Shown: one piece after another, positions 53,851 through 64,000 of the stretch
How positions within the stretch are numbered: position 1 is the stretch's first letter
Layout of the letters: each line of letters opens with the position of its first letter
Origin: Bugula neritina
Taxonomy: Eukaryota; Animalia; Bryozoa
Length of the DNA stretch: 64,000 nt
Assembly (NCBI GenBank): GCA_964035545.1
Contig: OZ037771.1
Location: 6,977,190-7,041,189 of the forward strand
Direction of reading: 5' to 3'
Program-made: the position numbers and the translations under genes
Notes under the pieces: model-generated
The model's database searches: none
What the model was told of the DNA's origin: nothing
The model's input: only the letters and a program-made list of their open reading frames with translations

Positions 53851-54150
53851 GTAATGCATGCTTAGCATGTATGATAATCAATTAAAGTTTATTGACATAA
53901 AAGCTAGCAGTACAAACAACAATGAGCATTATTGGTTATAATAATATTAAATCTAAAATGTTGATTACTAATATTTGATATTCATTGCTTTTTGTCAAAA
54001 AAATAGTTAATGTTATTATATTAGGGAAAAATTGGCATAGTAAAAATATATTTTTCATGTAATATTTGCTTGAGCAGCCGTGTAAAAAATAATATTTATG
54101 AACATAAGGTTGAGCTTACTGCTACAGTCTTTTGCTCAAACTAGGAGTTG

Positions 54151-57100
54151 TCAGCTAATGATTTTATCAACAAGTTCGAGGATCATATAAACTGAATGAA
54201 ACCTATAGAACAGGACTAATGGATATGTTGTCTGAGTGATTGCAGTCCAAGTGGTCTCGCCAAATACTAGGGTCTTTGTTTCACTTGATTTCAAAAAGAA
54301 ATGGCCTTCAATAAAGCTGTCTGTCACCCATTTGAAAAAATTGCACGCACATAAATACCATAAAGATTGGAGGAAAACCTTTTGTTTCTTTGTAGTCAAA
54401 TAGTTAAGATCAATAGGCAAATGGTTGTTAACATTTTCTTTCATGATTAAAATAAGTAACGTCTGCAATGCTATTTGCACAATGTCAATGATATCAGTGA
54501 AGAAATTCAAATAGCTAACTTCTTCTAGCATACTTATATTGTCTATGTATGACTCAGTCTGATTATCAACTTGTTCCATCATAAGATCAACAGACTTTTC
54601 GTTAAAAGCAGCTGATGCCACGATAATTCCAAAGTACAGGTAGATAAACTCCCCGGTTGTTGCCACCAACAGAAGAATTGTCTCCGAATGCAGCCGCTTG
54701 CTCTGTAAAGTAGGAAAACATCAATGAGCTGGTAATTAGTTATTCAAAAGTTTGCTTTCGAGAAAATAAATGAAATAAATTTAAAAAACTAGTGATCACT
54801 GAATTATTCAAATATGTAGCTAGTTACTGCAGCTGTAAGAGGTATTGCCAGTCAACTGTATTGTTTACCTGGGGTTTAACTTTTCCATAAATGATAGCTG
54901 TAGCCGTTCCAGTTACACCAAGTAAAATGCAATAATAAACCAATCGTGCCCAATAAAAGTACGCAACAAGTTCCTTCAACAAAGCTGAGTCGTCACATAC
55001 CACCTCCAGTATGATCAAAGCTATTGATAGTAATATAGCTAGGTTGAAACCAAACGTTGTAGTCGCTATGTTTGTTGTTGCTGGTGAAAGCACCTCTACA
55101 GTAGAACTTGCATCAGCAGTAATTTCTGAGTTTGTATCGAGGGTTAGAGATGGTTGGGTGGGTGCAGATGTTGATTGAGTCTCATCTGAATATGAAGATC
55201 GCATACTTAAAGTAGACTGAGAGGTTTCAAGTCCGTTATTGGCTAAACCTGTACCACCTGGTTGGTCTGTTCCACCATATGTGTTGCTCCTTGCTGATGG
55301 GTTTATAAGTGGCGTGTTTGACTCATCAACTTCGAGCTCATTGTTAGTCCTCTCTTCTTGTCTACAATTTTATGGCTTTCAAATTATTTAAAGCGATACA
55401 TGCATGAATCATATTAAATAAAGAAAAGTCAAGATTTATCTAGCTTTCCTTCTAGCTACTTTGCGGCATATGATAAAGGATCTAATGTATTTTTTTAACA
55501 TTTATAATTTATTTTAATGCTTTCAATAATAATGATTGAACTTGCTTACCCTTCTTGGCATATAAACTTTGCACATGGCATATTCCATCCAGAAGTGTTT
55601 TTAGAGCTGCGGTCTTCTGCAGAAATGGAAAAATGTTATATAACTAAATGAGAAATAATAAGATGATTGCTTGCCCTGTTTAAAACAACATAACTTATAA
55701 TTAATGCGGGTAAACTGCTTCCATTACTTGGGTAGCCTATAGAACACTTTGATTAAATACTATAGACGTGTGTCTGTGCCCATGTGTTGAATTTATAATA
55801 TATTTGTAGATAACTTTACTTGAATTTCTCTTTTCAAAGAGCATGGTCAAAAGCATTCCCACTGCCACTAGACAGAACTCCATGTCAAACGGATAAAAGT
55901 ATGGCTCTATGCTGATTACTGCTTTTTTCAACTCTGTCGATTCATTAAGGCAATTACGGAGTAATGTCATGTTTTCTAACTTTGTGGCAAATGCTTTTAG
56001 CTCATAGTTTTGCTCTAGAGTCTGTGAAGGAAGCTTTTCCTGTAATACAATATAATTTAAGATCAATAACTTGGCTCAGAAAAGATTAATTAAAGTTTTC
56101 ATGCCAGAAGTCTGGAGAACGTACCAACTTAGCAAATCCTTGGCTAAGTTTACTGATAATTTATAAATTTTCACTTATAATCACAGTTATTAAATTTCAG
56201 AACATTTGGTAGCTTAAAGCGTTAAAGTGTTCAAGAATGTGCCTTTTATGCAAATGTCAATAATGACTAGAACTAAATAAAATGAATTGTGTAGTTAAAA
56301 CAGAGAACTTGGAATCTAAAAAGAAACCATTGTTAAAATGTCTATACAGACCTTGGTTTCCTGGAGGAACGTAAAGATGTAAAGAGAGGCGTTTGCAGCC
56401 ATTATCATCAAGATGCAAAGCTTGCTTGCTTTGGAAACAGCCCGACAGCCTTTGTATTTGATAAGAAAAGACATCTAAAATTAGAGGGAATAGATGTGGC
56501 CAAAATGATTTGATTTATAAAAGCATAGTATGCCTAAACAGTGTAGATTTGCCAAAACTGAATTGCCATACTTTGCACAGTTCGTTGAAGATTTTTACTA
56601 AAAAAAAAGAATACAACTGGAAACAAGAAAGCTCATTTGGTTAGGAATTTCAATAGCTCAAGTTCTTAGATTTTCTCTATATAGAAAATCTAAAAACTTG
56701 AGCTATTGAAATTGCATAACTGCTGCTCGTAAATGAATTATATAATGGGCAATCACCTGCTCATTATAGTAACAAAAATAGCTTTTATTCTAACCTGAAT
56801 TATTGTAGAGAAAGATTTGAAAATGTTTAGAGTACTGGACACATCATTCTCATAAACCAGTGCACGGGCTTGTTTCCTCACCGTCTGGTTCACATCTAAT
56901 CTGGTTACATTTCGATACGCACCAGAGCATTGTACCTCTGCAGCCATTTCTATTAGGCTGATTATAATGGCACAAATTCCAAAAATATATAGTCCAACAT
57001 ATGGGGCATATTGGTACCGGTGTTTTCTTTCTCGCTCACTGGTGGAACTCAGTCTGAGTTTGACAACACCTAGATTTTACAATTTACAGATTAAAGTTTT

Positions 57101-57473
57101 CATCATAATTAATGTTTTTGGTTGCAAATAAAGTTGGGTTTGGCATAACGGAAGACTGTCTATAAAAATATTGATCTTTCTTTGCTATAGTTGAACTGAA
57201 GCATATTACAGAAAAGGTTTTATAAGTCATATTTTACTTAAGAAATTGTTAAAACTTACATATATTTAATGGGAGTTTAATAGAATCATACATACCTGAG
57301 AGTATAAGAAATATAGAAATTAAACCGAGGGATACTAGAACGATTAAGTAGAGATGTACATCTGCAGTAGTGATGACTTCAAATATACTCAGCCATTGGG
57401 TCAGAGTCAATGTGAGACCAATGCAGAGCAGGTTTAGTAATACTAGTATAGCTGTAAGAGTAAACTGGTTCAT
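54151..57473 (-). CDS. Otopetrin-like proton channel A2, intact, ~635 aa, 12 predicted TM
   Basis: Exons 57473-57296, 57069-56795, 56474-56352, 56039-55820, 55616-55550, 55361-54869 and 54702-54151 sum to 1908 nt in one open frame. YPFDMEF and FYRFHS motifs; 6+6 hydrophobic helices separated by an S/T-rich loop. Confidence 0.88.
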
Positions 57474-58333
57474 GTTGAATTCAAGACTATTTTGTATGCT
57501 GTATGTAAAACCTTTCCAGTCTTAAGAAAATCCAGTACATGCATGAAAGTAACAGTACTACCGCGTGAGCGTTTACACTGACAGCTGAAACTGCCTCTAA
57601 ATACAAGAGTTAGCAGCCTATAGACACTTGTTTTTTAAAATTACAAGGAAGTAAAGAATTATTGTCACTACACTAATTGAGTTATCAGCAGCTTGCACTT
57701 GTGATTGGCAATAAGATGACTCACTAATGCAGGTCTGTATGAGTTGTTGATAGAGGTCATTGATAAGAAAAGTATCTCTTAGATAGCAATATACACAATG
57801 TGTCTTACAAGTGATACTTGATTGGCTCTAATCAAGTAGGAAATATAAAGACAACATGAAAGCAAGTACAAGACTAGTGTAAAATAGGCCCAGAATCAGT
57901 GCAATGCAAAATCATATGATTCAATAGAATCAGCCAATATTACACTTTCCAGCAACATGTGTTTATACAAGTTACCAGCTGTAAAACACAAATTTTACAG
58001 GTAAAATCTGCGCACAATGAAATTGATGATGTAACTTATATTCATGTTATTAAATAAGTTACATTGTGTTAACTATGGGAAGTTGTAACTACTACTTCAT
58101 GATAGCTATGTTGTAATAGTCCAATGACAAACTGTTATATAATTAATGCATTTACTTTTATTATACTCAAACATTGTTAATAGTCTATAGAGGTATAGCA
58201 GAGCAGTGTTTTAGCTTAGTTGATATCATTATTGCCAATTTCTCCTGAAAGTTTCGCTTAGTTTTATAGCATTTATTGTAGGGTTTAGTAAAGCCATAAC
58301 TCTCACATTTTTTCTCACCCATCTCAGCTTTGT

Positions 58334-58690
58334 GGATCATTTTACTTAATTTAGTACACACTGGATATTTTCAGTTTTTAGCTATTTTTCACAATTTAGC
58401 TGGTAATGAACATGGCTTTTTGCTTAAAACTAGTAAAGCACCAATAAATACACCAAAACAATTAAGGTTCTTTTTAATTTTGTTTGATTTCCCATGTTTT
58501 TTCTTGTATATTCAGCTTATTAGGAGTGGGGGAAACTAAGCAAAATTAAAAATAACTTTGATTATTTAGGTGTATTTCTTGGTGTTTTACTAGTTTTGGC
58601 CAAAAAACCCAAGTTCATTAGCAGTTAAATTGTAAAAAATAACTAAAAACTGAAGATATTCAGCGTGTACTAAACTAAGTAAAATGACCA
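58334..58690. mobile_element. Foldback MITE with TTGT target-site duplication
   Basis: ttgt|ggatcattttacttaatttagtacac...gtactaaactaagtaaaatgacca|ttgt. The paralogous empty site tcagctttgtcc is at 44480-44492. Confidence 0.88.
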
Positions 58691-58819
58691 TTGTCCTATT
58701 CGAGTAGTGGGTCAGTACAGCCACAATGATGCTAGATTATGCTAAACGTACTAAAACAGTTGTATAAATGTTTCTAATACATGTATAACAACTCATATGC
58801 ATTTATTATATAATATGAT

Positions 58820-59773
58820 AGGGACCGCCCTGCTCACCTCAATCCGAGAAAGGGACTAGAAAATGTGTCCCAGGTCTGTTCAACCTCAGCCTGGCTGGAA
58901 TACCGCATCTAGATGGTTCACCTTCATGCGGTAGAAAACAATATTGACCCTCCCACTATTGTTGCTAGGGGTGAAACATTGTGCCCTGTTGATGATTTTG
59001 TCTACTTAGGAAGCAACCTGTCATCAAAGGCGGATCTGGGGAGAGAGATAGACAGACGGCTTCAAGCGGCTAGTATTGCTTACAGCAAGCTGAGGCAGAG
59101 AGTCTTTGACAACTCTAACCTGCAGGTAACCACAAAGCTGAAAGTGTACAAGGCTGTCATCATACCAACACTTCTGTATGCATTTGAGACATGGGCTACC
59201 TACGGTACTTACATAAAGAAGCTAGAAAATTATCACATGAAGAAATTGCGAGGAATATTGGACATCAAATGGACTGACAAGCGCACTTATAACAGCGTAT
59301 ACCAACAAATAAAGATTCCAAGCCTTGAAAGGCTCATCATCAAGAACAGACTTCGTTGGTAGGGACATGTAGTGAAAATGAAAGGACACAGACTTCCAAA
59401 ACAGATCCTTTATGGGGAGCTACAAATAGGTAAAAGATTGCAAGGAGGACAGAGGAAGCGCTTTAAAGACTGTCTCAAAGACAGTATGAAGCGCTCTCAC
59501 ATCAGAAGAGAGACCTGGGAATGGAATGCCGCAAGGAAGATCAGATGGAGATCTATGGTTCATAAAGGCTTGCAAATCTTTGAAGAAGAAAGAATGCGAC
59601 ACAGAAACGAACTTAGAGCTGGCCGCAAGAAGGCGTAGCTCAGCAGACACACCGAGTGATGACCTCAAATGCTTCCGCTGTGATCGCATATGCAGATCAC
59701 TGATAGGACTAAGAAGTCATCAAGCTACTCACAAATAGCTGTAGGCAGACATCATACTCTACTTAGAGGGATA

Positions 59774-59778
<5 letters not shown>
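58820..59778 (+). mobile_element. 5'-truncated RTE-clade LINE
   Basis: VDDFVYLGS..EIDRRL..AS.AY..L..TKLKVYKAVIIPTLLY..ETW..RLRW*GHV..RLPKQILYGEL..G.R..GGQRKRFKD and terminal CxxC...HxxxH (CFRCDRICRSLIGLRSHQATH). Internal stop at 59360. Absent from the paralogous site at ~44600. Confidence 0.9.
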
Positions 59779-60026
<248 letters not shown>

Positions 60027-61894
60027 ATGATATATATATATATATATACATATATGATATATGTATGTATATGATTAATATGTGTATACATTATCTGCTT
60101 GTATAAGCCATAAGTGTTTTACTATAGGGTATATATAAATCACATGCAGGCATTTGAATGTCTACACATATGAATATATTGTTACACATAGTTGTAATGA
60201 AACCATGACTGGCCAAATTCTCAACTCAAATCTAGTTTGAGCTCAAAAAGAGGCCGGCCTCACTCATAGAATATTTACTGCAGTGAAAGAAGTTGTGATC
60301 TCTTACACCTCACAATTAAAACAACCTATCAACAGGAGTTGTCTGCCTCCTAGCATCTACAAGAAAACAAGCAGGGAAGTTGTGTCACCTTTGTTGTCGG
60401 GTGGTCTGGAAAACTAGAATTAAGTTCATCGATAATATGATTTATGATTTATTCGAAAGATTATTGCTTTCCTCAATAAAAACTGTCGCTTTTTTGCATA
60501 ACTGTCCGTTTGAAAAGGTAAATGAGATTTGAAGAAAAGTAAGCATTTGCACTACTGCCGATACAATTCAAATATCCCGACTCAAGAAAGTTAGTAAACA
60601 GATAATTTTTGCCAGAAAAGGCGGAAAGAATCAAACAAGCTCAGCACACACCAGTTTATCATCTCAAAAATTGTTTTTCACATTCAAACATAACATACTA
60701 ATGTCATATTATACTAAACTACATATGCTGGTAAAACAGCAAGTTGCTTTGATATTTGCATATACGAAATAAATCATCTAAGAATTGCTTTTGTCTCAAT
60801 TATTTTAAGAAGAACATTATAAGAACAGTTGAGCCTTTGATGTTTGAAAACTAATGCATAGTAAAGTTCTGAAATGCAGTTTTAATTGCCAATTAGAAAA
60901 CCCTAGTCAAGTTGCAGTTTCACTGTATTATTATTAAGTTTTGAGCATTTCTTTTATAATTGTATGCCATCATAAGGAAGTCAAATATGTTTTTATGTCA
61001 TATAAAGTGCTGCTTTTCTATGACGAATGGGGGAGAAGCTGGTTATGTGACTGTTAATAGCTGACCCCTTGCCTAGAATTTAGAATCTGCCAGCTGCATG
61101 TTGACCTTGCTGTAAGGTCGACAGAAGGAAAGACAGTAAATTAAGGCAGCGTTTGGTTTTTCAATATTGCTATTTGTAAGAGTGATATCAAATGTCCACA
61201 TTGTTTATTGCTTCACATATTATTATATTATTGTGTTATTATGCTATATAAAACAGTCTAGAATGTTAGCTATACCAGCCAAGTTAACATCCTTGCTATC
61301 TAGGAACTGGAATTGATGTACTCAAATGTTAGCTCATTAATGATAACTTTTTAAACTCTGGACCACATACATGTAGGTTTATGTTTATTTTTAGAAATCA
61401 AGGTTGCATAGATAATTATCAAAAGCAAATGTAGGTTTGATAAAAAATATCAAGCTTTTTCTAAACAGTGAGGTTAGCTAGTTTGTCCCTGTTCCTCTCT
61501 TTAAAAAAAAATTGTTTCTGTCACAATCAGTTTTTAAAACAAATTTTGTAAAATATTTAGCATATTTCCATAACCGGCGAAATCAATTTTTATTAGTTCA
61601 TATACATAACTGTCAATGATTTGGATTGCTACTCTAACAATAATAATGTTCTATTACAGTCATGCACATGTATGCATATACTACATAAATGCAAGCTAAT
61701 GTATATATAGGCATATAACTCATAAAATCAAAATTGTACATAATATAGTGAAATAAAACGTTTGATCATGCATTAAGCATCTCACATGATTATTCAAAAT
61801 ATGATGCGTTATTTTTAGCCCCTTAAAATTATTAAAACTAAACACAAAATTCACTAAAATTTAGCAGTTCAAATTTCATTACCTTTATGATAGC

Positions 61895-63902
<2,008 letters not shown>

Positions 63903-64000
63903 TTATGCTGCAAAATAGTTTACAGAAATTAAAAGTCAAACAAAACGAGATGGAATTAGTGAGACAACTTAGTTATCATTAAGCAAGTTCTTTGAAAGTA

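Overview
AT-rich, intron-containing animal DNA (invertebrate-like; the species cannot be determined here). Left to right it holds: three tandem cytosolic sulfotransferase genes (+, the first 5'-truncated by the window edge); one SLC16/MCT-type MFS transporter (+); two paralogous secreted proteins with signal peptide, NHL-like beta-propeller repeats, Thr/Ser-rich stalk and C-terminal PAN/Apple domain (+); and a ~15-kb tandem segmental duplication carrying two pairs of 12-TM otopetrin-like proton-channel genes (-). Of those four, one is intact, one has a 1-nt frameshift, one is a pseudogene disrupted by a decayed Gypsy element and deletions, and one runs off the window. Repeats include a tRNA-Thr-like SINE, a foldback MITE, RTE and CR1/L2-type LINE remnants, many microsatellites and several perfect palindromes. 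The most striking non-coding feature is a 276-bp tandem repeat (2.3 copies) inside a (TA)n tract in a sulfotransferase intron. It encodes type I hammerhead ribozyme motifs on the minus strand, i.e. a non-LTR retrozyme-like element. All gene models were assembled by eye from GT-AG sites and reading-frame continuity; no database searches were run.
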